Assembly: GCA_902624535.1 (NCBI GenBank)
Contig: CACNYF010000002.1
Location: 3,128 to 67,127, forward strand
From: an uncultured Pelagibacteraceae bacterium
GTDB taxonomy: Bacteria; Pseudomonadota; Alphaproteobacteria; Pelagibacterales; Pelagibacteraceae
Length of the DNA: 64,000 bases
Direction of reading: 5' to 3'
Both the position numbers and the translations under genes were made by a program. This document shows positions 17,614-27,861 of the stretch, piece after piece. The notes below the pieces were generated by a model. That model had not been told where the DNA came from, did no database searches, and worked only from the letters and a program-made list of their open reading frames with translations. Within the stretch, counting starts at the first letter, position 1. Every line of letters begins with the position of its first letter.

Positions 17614-19764
17614 ATGGAGAGTGTAGATTTGGATTCAGTAAAATCATTTGTTGATACCCTTTGGGTTATAGATTGTGCAATTCTTGTTTTTATAATGCAA
17701 GCAGGTTTTATGTGTATGGAGACAGGTCTTTCTAGGCACAAAAATAGCATAAATGTTGCTCTTAAAAATGCTGCCGATTTTGGTGTAGCAGTTGTAATTT
17801 TTTGGATTTTTGGTTTTGGTTTAATGTTTGGAAAAAGCTATAACGGTTATTTTGGAACTGACTTATTCTTTTTTAAAACAGATCAGGCTGAATATATGAC
17901 TTATTTTGTGTTCCAAGCAATGTTTGTTGCAACTGCTGCTACAATCGTTTCAGGTGCAGTAGCAGAGAGAATGAAATTTAATGGATATTTAATTTTAACT
18001 ATTCTTGCCACAGGTATTATTTATCCAATTGTTGGTCACTGGGCTTGGTCCTCAAATTATTTAAACAATATTGATGCAACAAGACAGTTACTTGCAGTTA
18101 CAGGACAAGTAAAGACTACTGGATGGCTAACAGATATAGGATTTGTCGATTTTGCAGGAAGCACAATAGTTCATTCAGTTGGTGGATGGATTGCTTTATC
18201 GGCAGTTTTAATCTTAGGCCCAAGAATTGGAAAGTATTCTGATGCTAATAAAGGAAAATTTACAGGTTCAAGTTTTCCACTAGCAGTTTTGGGGACTTTA
18301 ATTTTATGGTTTGGTTGGTTTGGTTTTAATGGTGGTAGCAATGGTGCTATGGATGAAGCGGTACCATTAATTTTAATTAATACATTTCTTGCAGCTGCAT
18401 TTGGATTATTAACAGGTCTTGGTATTTCATTTATTTTATTTAAAAAACCAGATCCCTATTACGTTATTATAGGTCCTTTGGCAGGTTTAGTTTCAATAAC
18501 TGCTAGTTGTAACTCTTTAACTTCAGTTAGTTCAATTTTTGTTGGAATTATTGGAGCCGTGGTTGCCATTGCTATAAATGAATTTTTAGAGAAAATCGAA
18601 ATCGATGATGTTGTAGGCGCCGTTCCTGTTCATTTAGGAGCTGGAGTTTGGGGTACTATTGCTGTAGCAATGTTCGGAGACCTTGAGATTCTTGGAACAG
18701 GACTATCGAGATTGGAACAAATTAAAGTTCAATTTATTGGCGTTGTCTCAATAGGTGCATTTGCTTTTATTGGATCATACTTAATTTTAAAAATTTTAAA
18801 TTATTTCTATCCGTTAAGAGTAAGTCCATTACATGAAGAGTTAGGTCTTAATATTGCTGAGCACAATGCAACTTCTGTTGAGCACGATTTGATTTCAATT
18901 TTAGAAAAGCAATCTGAGTCTGGTGATTTAACAATTAGAGGTCCCCAAGATCCTTTTACTGCAGGAGGTGTAATAGGACTCTATTATAATAGATTGATGA
19001 GTAAACTAGAGACAAGTGAAGCCGAAAAGAAAGTATGGAGAGACAGAATTTCAAATGAAGTAAAACTTGCTGTGAAAGTTCAAGAAAATTTCTTACCAAA
19101 AAGAAACTTAGAAAATTATCCTGTGCACGGAATTAATATTGCTGCTAGAGAAGTTTCTGGAGATTTCTTCAGCTTTTATCCTCACAATGATAGTGTTTAC
19201 TTTATTATTGCAGACGTTGCGGGTAAAGGAATTCATGCCGGAATGGTAATGGCAAAAGCATCAACTTTATTTGAGATTATGTCTAGAGATCAAGTAGATC
19301 CAGATGAAATGATGTTTCATATGAATAATGATCTATTTTTAACTAAAACTGGAGGCATGTTTGTTACTAGTATATTGGGAGAATATAACATGAGGACTGA
19401 TGAATTAAGATGGGTAAATGGAGGTCATCAACCTGCTATTATTAGATCATCATCTGGAAATTATGAACAATTCGAGAGTAATTCACCGCCTATGGGCGTA
19501 ATACTTCAAAAGGACAAATCAGTTTATAAAACGCACAAAGTTAAGTTAGAAAATAATAGGTTTTATGCGTTCACTGATGGTTTATCTGAAAGCTTAAATA
19601 GCTCAGGTGAAGAAATAGGAATAGAGGGATCATTAAAAATAATAGAGAAAAATTTTAATACAGATTCTAGCAAACAATTATCAGATATATCAAATAGCGT
19701 AATTGATACTGCTGGGGATAACAAGCTAAGTGACGACTTAACCTTAATATCTATAGGTAAATAA
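17614..19764 (+). CDS. Ammonium transporter (Amt) fused to HAMP-like linker and SpoIIE/PP2C Ser phosphatase
   Basis: Amt motifs FQAMF, SGAVAER, DFAGSTIVH, LWFGWFGFNGGS, DDVVGAVPVH; linker GDLTIR...YNRLM; PP2C motifs VSGDFF, IADVAGKG, NGGH, FTDGLSE, SDDLT. Confidence 0.93.
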   Translation: MESVDLDSVKSFVDTLWVIDCAILVFIMQAGFMCMETGLSRHKNSINVALKNAADFGVAVVIFWIFGFGLMFGKSYNGYFGTDLFFFKTDQAEYMTYFVFQAMFVATAATIVSGAVAERMKFNGYLILTILATGIIYPIVGHWAWSSNYLNNIDATRQLLAVTGQVKTTGWLTDIGFVDFAGSTIVHSVGGWIALSAVLILGPRIGKYSDANKGKFTGSSFPLAVLGTLILWFGWFGFNGGSNGAMDEAVPLILINTFLAAAFGLLTGLGISFILFKKPDPYYVIIGPLAGLVSITASCNSLTSVSSIFVGIIGAVVAIAINEFLEKIEIDDVVGAVPVHLGAGVWGTIAVAMFGDLEILGTGLSRLEQIKVQFIGVVSIGAFAFIGSYLILKILNYFYPLRVSPLHEELGLNIAEHNATSVEHDLISILEKQSESGDLTIRGPQDPFTAGGVIGLYYNRLMSKLETSEAEKKVWRDRISNEVKLAVKVQENFLPKRNLENYPVHGINIAAREVSGDFFSFYPHNDSVYFIIADVAGKGIHAGMVMAKASTLFEIMSRDQVDPDEMMFHMNNDLFLTKTGGMFVTSILGEYNMRTDELRWVNGGHQPAIIRSSSGNYEQFESNSPPMGVILQKDKSVYKTHKVKLENNRFYAFTDGLSESLNSSGEEIGIEGSLKIIEKNFNTDSSKQLSDISNSVIDTAGDNKLSDDLTLISIGK

Positions 19765-19836
19765 CAATCTAAGTAAAATAAACCCGCGATCAAATATCAT
19801 ATATAATAAGTATTTCTAAGAAAATATATTCACTGG

Positions 19837-21078
19837 GTGGATGAAAAAAATCTGAAAATTGGAATTATTGGTGCAGGTATTCAAGGTGTTTGCAATGCCT
19901 TGTTTCTTCAAAAAAAAGGTTTTCAGGTAACACTTTTTGATAGAGAGGAGCCAGGAAGTGCAGCATCATATGGGAATGCTGGTCACTTTTCCCCTTATGC
20001 GTCCGTTCCTTTAAACAGACCAGATGTTATAGCAGACGTTCCCTCAATGTTAATTAGTTCAAGAGGACCATTAGCTTTAAAGTGGAACTATGTGCCAAAG
20101 ATGATCCCTTGGTTTGCAAGATTTATATTTAATTGTAGAGAGGAAAAAATGATGCATACAGCTAAAAATATGCATCAAATTTTAGATCAATCATTGCCAG
20201 CATTCGATGAATTATTTGACGAAATTGATTTAGAGGGATTAGTTGAAAATAATGGTATTCTCTATGTTTGGACTGATAAAAATATGAAAAGTAGAGAACT
20301 AGAAATTAGAATTAGAGATCAGCTTGGTGTAAAGCAACAACTAGTTAATAAAAAGGAAATTCATGATTTAGAGCCAAATTTAAAACCCTTTTATCATGGT
20401 GGGGTATTTTATGATTATGCAAGACATGCACGAAACCCAAGAAAAATTTTAATAAAATTATTTGAGAATTTTGTAAATAAGGGTGGAAAGTTTTTAAAAT
20501 TAAATATTCAAAATTTAGATTTTGATGAAGAAAAACCTGTATTGAGAACAGAAACGCAAAGATTTATTTTTGATAGACTTGTAATTGCGTGCGGGGCATT
20601 TTCAAAAAGACTAACAGACAAGCTACATGAAAATATACCTCTAGATACTGAAAGAGGATATCATGTTCATTTTAAAGATTATGACCACTTAATTTCAAGA
20701 CCCATTGTTTATGCAAATAGAGGTTTTGGAATGACGCCAATGGAACAAGGTTTAAGAGTTGTTGGAACAGTAGAATTTGGAGGTTTAGAAAATTCTCTAT
20801 CTAAATCGAGAATAAAAAACTTGATATTAAATGCAAAGGATATGCTAGATGGTTTACCAGAGCATAAAGATGAGTGGCTTGGTTTTAGACCCACATTGCC
20901 AGATTTTCTTCCAGTTCTAGGTCCTTCAAAAAACTATAAAAATGTTTTTTATTCATTTGGTCATCATCATTTAGGTTGGACACTTGGTGCAATATCAGGA
21001 AAAATTATATCTAAAATGATCTCAGGTGAGAATACTAACTTAGATCTGCAACCATACAGTTCAATAAGGTTTAGTTAA
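19837..21078 (+). CDS. FAD-dependent D-amino acid dehydrogenase (DadA family)
   Basis: IIGAGIQG, ASYGNAG, ERGYH, WLGFRPTLPD, FGHHHLGWT. Confidence 0.85.
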   Translation: MDEKNLKIGIIGAGIQGVCNALFLQKKGFQVTLFDREEPGSAASYGNAGHFSPYASVPLNRPDVIADVPSMLISSRGPLALKWNYVPKMIPWFARFIFNCREEKMMHTAKNMHQILDQSLPAFDELFDEIDLEGLVENNGILYVWTDKNMKSRELEIRIRDQLGVKQQLVNKKEIHDLEPNLKPFYHGGVFYDYARHARNPRKILIKLFENFVNKGGKFLKLNIQNLDFDEEKPVLRTETQRFIFDRLVIACGAFSKRLTDKLHENIPLDTERGYHVHFKDYDHLISRPIVYANRGFGMTPMEQGLRVVGTVEFGGLENSLSKSRIKNLILNAKDMLDGLPEHKDEWLGFRPTLPDFLPVLGPSKNYKNVFYSFGHHHLGWTLGAISGKIISKMISGENTNLDLQPYSSIRFS

Positions 21079-21105
21079 AAATAATCTTTTATAGTACTCT
21101 ATTTA

Positions 21106-22011
21106 ATGCTTGAAAATAAAAGTAATATTATAATTGCATCTATTTTGCTTTTTTTAGCAGCTTTGTTTTGGTCAGGAAATTTTATTGTTGGAAAGATAGC
21201 GGGTTTAAATGAAATACCTCCAATATCATTAAACATATTAAGGTGGTCACTGGCGTTTCTAATTTTATTACCTTTTACCTATAAAGAGATGATTGAAAAA
21301 AAGGAATTAATTTTTAAAAATATTTATCTCTTATGTTTTTTAGGAATAACAGCGGTCAGTATTTTTAATTCAGCACTTTTTTATTCTTTAAAAACTACAC
21401 AAGTAATTACGGGTGTACTTATGATCTCAACTGTTCCTGTTATGATTATTTTATTTTCTATAATTTTAAAAATAGAAAAAACAAATACCTTTCAGGTTTT
21501 GGGAGTTGTATTTTCTTTGTTAGGTGTATTATTTATAATTTCAAAAGCAGATTTTGAAGTCTTTAAAAGTTTAGCTTTTGAAAAAGGAGATCTATTTGCA
21601 TTATTTGCAATGATATCTTGGTCACTTTATTCAGCGCTTTTAAAAAAAAAAAATTATGGACTATCTCCAATAACCTTACTTCAAGTTGTAATTGGTCTTG
21701 GGGTAATATTTCTTATTCCAGTGTATGCAATAGATTATATTTACATTGGTAATCGAATTACAATTAATACAAATTTCATTCTTGTTTTATCTTATGTTGT
21801 TTTGTTGCCTGGCATCATTTCTTTCTTTTTCTGGATAAAAGGTGTTGCTTTAATAGGTGCTAATAGAGCAGGAATTTATTTACATTTAATGCCAATTCTT
21901 GCAGCAATTCTTGCAATGATAATATTTGATGAGGTATTGCTATTTTATCATTATATCGGTGGAATATTTATTATTTCAGGGATATTACTTTCAAACAAAA
22001 AAAATGCTTAA
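21106..22011 (+). CDS. DMT/EamA family transporter
   Basis: About 10 TM, FWSGNFIVGK, GANRAGIY. Confidence 0.85.
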   Translation: MLENKSNIIIASILLFLAALFWSGNFIVGKIAGLNEIPPISLNILRWSLAFLILLPFTYKEMIEKKELIFKNIYLLCFLGITAVSIFNSALFYSLKTTQVITGVLMISTVPVMIILFSIILKIEKTNTFQVLGVVFSLLGVLFIISKADFEVFKSLAFEKGDLFALFAMISWSLYSALLKKKNYGLSPITLLQVVIGLGVIFLIPVYAIDYIYIGNRITINTNFILVLSYVVLLPGIISFFFWIKGVALIGANRAGIYLHLMPILAAILAMIIFDEVLLFYHYIGGIFIISGILLSNKKNA

Positions 22012-22957
22012 AGTAGCTATACTCGACGATTATCAAAATATCGCTAAAGATTTTATTGATCTTAAAAAATTATCTTCAACATACGAATTTCAGGTATTTA
22101 ATGATCCATTTGAAAATGAAGATGATGCAATTGAAAAATTAAAAGAATTTGAAGTTCTTTTTATAATGAGAGAAAGAACAAAGATAACAAAAAAATTTAT
22201 AGAGAGTTTAAAAAAATTAAAATTAATTGTTACTAGCGGAATGAGAAATAAGTCAATAAATTTAGAAGCTACAAAAAAAAATAATATTGTTGTTAGTGGC
22301 ACCGAAATTAATAGCAACCCAACACCAGAACTAACTTGGGCATTAATTTTGGGACTTGCAAGAAATTTCAAAACCGAAATAGATAATATGTACCAAGGTT
22401 ATTGGCAATCAACAATTGGAGTTGAGCTTAAGGGCAAGATATTAGGTTTGCTTGGATTGGGGAGGGTAGGTTCTCAAGTTGCTAAAATTGGCAAAGCTTT
22501 TGGCATGCAAATTATGGCTTGGAGTGAAAATTTAAACTTAAATAAATGCAAAGAGCTGGATGTTTTGCCGTGTAGCAAGGATGATTTAATTCAAAATTCA
22601 GACTTTCTATCAATTCATGTTCAAGGTGGAGAAAGATATAGAAACTGTATTACTATTAAAGAATTTGAGAAGATGAAAAAAACCTCATATTTAATAAACA
22701 CTTCAAGAGGTGAAATAGTTAATGAAGATGATTTAATTATAGCTTTATCAACAAATATTATATCTGGTGCAGGTATAGATGTTTACGAAAAAGAACCATT
22801 GCCCGAAAGTCATAAGCTTAGATTCGTTCAGAATGCTCTTCTGCTTCCTCATATAGGTTACGTAACTGCTGAAAATTATGCAACATTCTATAATCAAATG
22901 ATTGAAAATCTTGATAGTTTTGCATCAGGCAAACCTCAAAGAGTTATAGAACAATAG
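22004..22957 (+). CDS. D-2-hydroxyacid dehydrogenase family protein
   Basis: Start MLKVAILDDYQ at ATG 22004; MRERT, GLGRVG, INTSRG, PHIGY. Confidence 0.9.
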   Translation: MLKVAILDDYQNIAKDFIDLKKLSSTYEFQVFNDPFENEDDAIEKLKEFEVLFIMRERTKITKKFIESLKKLKLIVTSGMRNKSINLEATKKNNIVVSGTEINSNPTPELTWALILGLARNFKTEIDNMYQGYWQSTIGVELKGKILGLLGLGRVGSQVAKIGKAFGMQIMAWSENLNLNKCKELDVLPCSKDDLIQNSDFLSIHVQGGERYRNCITIKEFEKMKKTSYLINTSRGEIVNEDDLIIALSTNIISGAGIDVYEKEPLPESHKLRFVQNALLLPHIGYVTAENYATFYNQMIENLDSFASGKPQRVIEQ

Positions 22958-23013
22958 AAATCTTAGACAATTTTACCAGATAAAATTTTTTATTTTTGTG
23001 TATACTATTATTG

Positions 23014-25668
23014 ATGAGCAAAGAACTTAAAGCTAATCAAAATCAAAAATTGGATAATCAAGAGTTAAATGATTGGTTAGATTCTTTAGATGCAGTAGTA
23101 GAGAATCATGGTAGAGATGGAGCTAAAGTAATTTTAGAAAAACTTGAACAACGGGCAAAAGATTTAAGAGTATTATATTCACCCGTCCCTTATTCACCAT
23201 ATAGAAATACTATATCTCAATATGATCAAGGAATTTACCCTGGTGACTTAGCAATTGAAGAAAAGATAACAGCAATTTTAAGATGGAATGCTTTAACAAT
23301 GGTTATGAAAGCAAATAAAAACTTTGGAGGTCTTGGAGGACATATTGCAAGTTATGCATCATTTGCTGAAGTATTTGAAACTGGCTTTAATCATTTTTTT
23401 AAGGGAGGAGACCAAGCAGATTTAATTTTTTATCAATCTCAGTGCACAACAGGAATTTATGCAAGATCATTTTTAGAGGGAAGATTAACAAAAAATCATT
23501 TAGAAAATTATAGACAAGAACTTAATGAACAAGGGCTTTCATCTTATTGTCATCCATATTTAATGAAAGAATATTGGACATTCACTACAGCATCAATGGG
23601 AATAGGTTTGGTTAATGCAATTTATCAAGCTCGTTTCATGAAATATTTGGAAAATAGAAACTTATTAAAAACAGATAAAAGAGTTTGGGGTTTATTTGGA
23701 GATGGTGAAATGGATGAACCCGAAAGTTTGGCTGGATTATCAATAGCATCTAGAGAGAAATTGGACAATTTAACATTTATAATAAATTGTAATCTTCAAA
23801 GATTAGATGGACCAGTAAGAGGTAATGGACAAATAATTCAAGAACTTGAGACAATTTTTAAAGCCAATGGATGGAATGTTATAAAAGTCCTTTGGGGGTC
23901 TGAATGGGATAAGATTTTTCAACAAGATAAAGATCACTTGTTATTAAAACGTTTTGCTAAAACTGTAGATGGAAAATATCAAACTTTAGGGGCAAGAGAT
24001 GGTGAGTATAACCTTAAAAATTTTTTTGCAGAAGATCCAGAAGTTTTAAAATTGGTTTCTTCACTTAGTAAAGATGAAATTGACAAATTAAAAAGAGGTG
24101 GACACGACTTTAAAAAACTTTATGCAGCTTTTAGTGCAGCAGTCAAAACTAAGGGGAAGCCAACAGTTATACTTGCTAAAACAAAAAAAGGCTACGGTAT
24201 GGGAAAAGCAGGAGAGTCTAAAATGACAAACCATCAACAAAAAGAATTAAATCTTGATGCTTTAAAGGAATTTAGAGATCGTTTCCAACTTGATATCCCA
24301 GACAATAAAATAGAAAATTTAGAATTCTACAAACCCTCAGATGACTCAGATGAGATAAAATATTTAAAAAAGAGAAGAGACATGCTAGGGGGTCCACTAC
24401 CAAAGAGAAGTTTTAAAAAGGTAGAACTGAAAACCCCAAGTATAGAAAAACATTCAAATTTTTTATTTGAAAAAAGTGATAGAGAATATTCAACCACAAC
24501 AGGATTAGTAAGATCTTTAGGAAATATAATGAGAGATAAAGATTTTGGAAAAAGAGTAGTTCCTATTGTAGCTGATGAAGCCAGGACTTTTGGAATGGCT
24601 AATTTGTTTTCACAAATTGGAATATATTCACCAGATGGTCAGTTATATGAACCTGAAGATGCAACATCGATTTTAAAATATCAAGAATCTAAAACAGGAC
24701 AATTACTTGAAGAAGGAATTAATGAAGCTGGCGCAATATCTTCATGGCTAGCAGCGGCTACCTCTTACAGTAATCATAATTTTCCAATGATGCCTTTTTA
24801 TATTTTTTATTCTATGTTTGGCTTTCAAAGAATTGGAGATTTAATATGGGCTGCAGCAGATCAAATGCCAAGAGGATTTTTAATTGGTGCAACAGCAGGA
24901 CGAACTACTCTAGCTGGAGAAGGATTGCAACACCAAGATGGACAAAGTCACATAATTGCATCGACATTCCCAAATTTAAAATCTTATGATCCATGTTTTG
25001 CAAGTGAGCTAGCTGTTATATTTGATGAAGGAATGAAAAGAATGATGACAGAATGCAGGGATGAATTTTATTACATTACTGTAAATAACGAAAAATACTC
25101 ACATCCTAAAATTGATATAAAAAATAAAGATGGAATAATAAAAGGCGGCTACCTTTTTAAAGATCAATCAAACTCAAAAATAAACATAAATTTATTAGGA
25201 TCTGGACCAATTTTTAGAGAATGTATTGAAGCGTCCAAAATACTTAAAGATGAATATGGAATTGGTTCAAGATTATACAGTATAACAAGTTATTCAGAGT
25301 TAGAAAAAAATGCTAAATCAGTTTTAAGAAAAAACACATTGTCTCCTGCGAATAAAAAACAAAATTATTTGCAGCAGCTAATTTCTAATGGCGACCCTAT
25401 AATTGCTACTTCAGATTATGTAAGAGCATATTCTCAATTAATCTCTAGTCACATAAATAATAAATTTGTAGCAATGGGGACAGATGGATTTGGAAGAAGT
25501 GATACGCGAAAAAATTTGAGAGATTTTTTTGAGGTAGATAGCAAACATATAGTCGTCAGTTCTTTGTATACACTTTATGAAGATAAGAAAGTCTCATTAC
25601 AAATACTAGAAAAAGCGATTACTAAATATAATCTCAACAACAACAAGAATAATCCTTGGGAAATATAG
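23014..25668 (+). CDS. Homodimeric 2-oxoacid dehydrogenase E1 (AceE family, MdeB-like)
   Basis: GGHIASYAS, GDGEMDEPES ThDP motif, NLQRLDGPVRGN, EGLQHQDG, GTDGFGRSD. Confidence 0.9.
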   Translation: MSKELKANQNQKLDNQELNDWLDSLDAVVENHGRDGAKVILEKLEQRAKDLRVLYSPVPYSPYRNTISQYDQGIYPGDLAIEEKITAILRWNALTMVMKANKNFGGLGGHIASYASFAEVFETGFNHFFKGGDQADLIFYQSQCTTGIYARSFLEGRLTKNHLENYRQELNEQGLSSYCHPYLMKEYWTFTTASMGIGLVNAIYQARFMKYLENRNLLKTDKRVWGLFGDGEMDEPESLAGLSIASREKLDNLTFIINCNLQRLDGPVRGNGQIIQELETIFKANGWNVIKVLWGSEWDKIFQQDKDHLLLKRFAKTVDGKYQTLGARDGEYNLKNFFAEDPEVLKLVSSLSKDEIDKLKRGGHDFKKLYAAFSAAVKTKGKPTVILAKTKKGYGMGKAGESKMTNHQQKELNLDALKEFRDRFQLDIPDNKIENLEFYKPSDDSDEIKYLKKRRDMLGGPLPKRSFKKVELKTPSIEKHSNFLFEKSDREYSTTTGLVRSLGNIMRDKDFGKRVVPIVADEARTFGMANLFSQIGIYSPDGQLYEPEDATSILKYQESKTGQLLEEGINEAGAISSWLAAATSYSNHNFPMMPFYIFYSMFGFQRIGDLIWAAADQMPRGFLIGATAGRTTLAGEGLQHQDGQSHIIASTFPNLKSYDPCFASELAVIFDEGMKRMMTECRDEFYYITVNNEKYSHPKIDIKNKDGIIKGGYLFKDQSNSKININLLGSGPIFRECIEASKILKDEYGIGSRLYSITSYSELEKNAKSVLRKNTLSPANKKQNYLQQLISNGDPIIATSDYVRAYSQLISSHINNKFVAMGTDGFGRSDTRKNLRDFFEVDSKHIVVSSLYTLYEDKKVSLQILEKAITKYNLNNNKNNPWEI

Positions 25669-25684
25669 TCCCTACTAATTTTTT

Positions 25685-26578
25685 ATGGAATTACCTGTCG
25701 TCAATCATAAAGATTATGAAGCTCAACTAAATGATGACAATAAATTTCCTATAAAAAAATTTGGAGAATTAGCTAAAGGTTTAATTAAAAATAAAATAGT
25801 TAAAAATTTCTATATTCCAGAACCATGCTCAGTAGAAACTTTAAAAGAGGCACATACTGAAGACTATATAAATAAAATAAAAAATAAAACTTTAGATAAA
25901 AACGAGATTAGAAAAATTGGTTTTCCTTTGGTTGACAGTGTAGTTAGAAGGTCTTTTGTTGCAACTGGAGGTACAGTACTTGCTACAAAGCTAGCTTTAA
26001 ACTATGGCATAGCGTGTAATACTGCAGGAGGTAGTCATCATGCAACATCTAATGAAGGAGCCGGTTTTTGTGTTTTTAATGATGTTGCGGTAGCAGCCAA
26101 ATATTTAACTACAAGAGGTTTGGCAAACAGAATTTTAATTATTGATTTAGACGTTCACCAAGGTAACGGCAATTCTGAAATATTTAAAAATGATAATCAA
26201 GTCTTTACATTTAGTATGCATGCTAAAGTTAATTATCCAGCAAAAAAATCAGTAAGTGATCTTGATATTGAATTAGAGGAAAATTTGGAAGATAGAGAAT
26301 ATATTGATATTTTAAAAAATAACCTAAAATATTTAAATGAAGAAGAGTTTGATTTTGTTTTCTACATCGCTGGTGTTGATATTCACTATAATGACAGGTT
26401 GGGTAAACTAAAAATTTCTGATAATGGTATATTTGAGAGAGATGAATTAGTAATTGAAAATTTCTTCTCAAATAAAATTCCTATTTGTGGAGTATTAGGA
26501 GGTGGATACAACGAAGATTTTAACAAGCTAGTAGAATTACATTCTAGTTTACATAAAACATGTGCTAAATTTTTATAA
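25685..26578 (+). CDS. Histone deacetylase family protein
   Basis: GGSHHA, GFCVFND, IDLDVHQGNG, GGGY. Confidence 0.92.
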   Translation: MELPVVNHKDYEAQLNDDNKFPIKKFGELAKGLIKNKIVKNFYIPEPCSVETLKEAHTEDYINKIKNKTLDKNEIRKIGFPLVDSVVRRSFVATGGTVLATKLALNYGIACNTAGGSHHATSNEGAGFCVFNDVAVAAKYLTTRGLANRILIIDLDVHQGNGNSEIFKNDNQVFTFSMHAKVNYPAKKSVSDLDIELEENLEDREYIDILKNNLKYLNEEEFDFVFYIAGVDIHYNDRLGKLKISDNGIFERDELVIENFFSNKIPICGVLGGGYNEDFNKLVELHSSLHKTCAKFL

Positions 26579-26946
26579 TGAAAAAAAATTCAAATTTAAC
26601 TCCAGAACAAGAAAATATTTTATTCAATGAAGCAACAGAACCACCAGGAACAAGCGAATTAAATAATGAAAAAAGACAAGGATCTTATCACTGTGCAAAC
26701 TGCGATATAAAACTTTTTGAATCTTCAACAAAATATGAAAGTGGATCAGGATGGCCATCTTTTTATAAATCTCTTCCAGATGTTTTTGAAACTAAAACTG
26801 ATCACTATATTGGTTATGCTAGGACTGAGTACCATTGCAAAAAATGTGGAGGACATCATGGACATATATTTGATGATGGTCCAAAACCAACAGGAAAAAG
26901 ATACTGTAATAACGGAGTATGTTTAGTTTTTAAGCCAGAGAATTAA
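26578..26946 (+). CDS. msrB: Peptide methionine (R)-sulfoxide reductase
   Basis: SGSGWPSF, GHHGHIFDDGP, RYCNNG. Confidence 0.95.
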   Translation: MKKNSNLTPEQENILFNEATEPPGTSELNNEKRQGSYHCANCDIKLFESSTKYESGSGWPSFYKSLPDVFETKTDHYIGYARTEYHCKKCGGHHGHIFDDGPKPTGKRYCNNGVCLVFKPEN

Positions 26947-26982
26947 TTGTAATTAATATAAAAATAAATTAAACCTATATGT

Positions 26983-27858
26983 ATGCATTTATTAAATAAG
27001 TTTATTTTTATAACTTGCTTATATCTATTCACTACTTTTGCATACGCAGATACAAGTAATGATATAATTAATAAACTTTCAGACAAAGTCTCATCATTTG
27101 TTGAGAATACTTTAGGAGGAGACACTGAATTCTCTTTAGAGTTTCCAGAGGATGATGAAGTGGAACTAGAATTACTTAAATTTAAAGAATTAGATAATTC
27201 TGAAAATCAAAATTCATTTTCACAATTTAGCTTGCACACTCAAGAAGTGAACGATGATACTAGATTTATCCTGAACCTAGGTTATGGCCAAAGATATATA
27301 TCTTCAGACAAATCAATGATCACAGGAATGAATGCATTTATTGATTATGATACCGAAGGTCATGCAAGAACAAGTTTGGGAGTCGAGGCAAAAGCTCCAA
27401 TTTTAGAATTAACAGGAAATTACTATCTAGGTTTATCTGGTGTAGAAACGATAGATGGAACAAAAGAAAAAGTATTAGATGGTTATGAACTAAATTTATC
27501 ATCTCAGTTGCCATATATGCCTTGGACAAGAATTAATATCCAAAATTACGATTTTGAGAAAGATAAAGCATCTGAAAATACAGGTGGAAATCTAGTTTCC
27601 TTAGAAATGAATTTATCACCAAGTATACAATTTGAGGCTTCTAGAAACTTTATAGACACAAGTGGTGTTGAAGATGAAAATTCTTTCAAAATTATGTATT
27701 ACAATCCTCCAAGAAATAAAACATCACTTCAGGATGGGTTTTTATCAGCGAGTGCTTTTGAAAAAGGTGATGTCGAGGCAAAAATGAAAGACAAAGTTAG
27801 AAGAAGAAATTCAATGACAATAGAAGTTCAAGGAGCTGTGGTTTTAACGAAGCAATAA
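26983..27858 (+). CDS. Inverse autotransporter (invasin/intimin-type) beta-barrel-only protein
   Basis: Signal peptide; NLGYGQR, GMNAFIDYD, RTSLGVE, GNYY, LDGYE, KVRRRNSM. Confidence 0.75.
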   Translation: MHLLNKFIFITCLYLFTTFAYADTSNDIINKLSDKVSSFVENTLGGDTEFSLEFPEDDEVELELLKFKELDNSENQNSFSQFSLHTQEVNDDTRFILNLGYGQRYISSDKSMITGMNAFIDYDTEGHARTSLGVEAKAPILELTGNYYLGLSGVETIDGTKEKVLDGYELNLSSQLPYMPWTRINIQNYDFEKDKASENTGGNLVSLEMNLSPSIQFEASRNFIDTSGVEDENSFKIMYYNPPRNKTSLQDGFLSASAFEKGDVEAKMKDKVRRRNSMTIEVQGAVVLTKQ

Positions 27859-27861
27859 GTT

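Noticed and set aside
21926-22003. Upstream extension of the hydroxyacid dehydrogenase ORF
   Set aside because: Overlaps the DMT gene; family-typical start is ATG 22004
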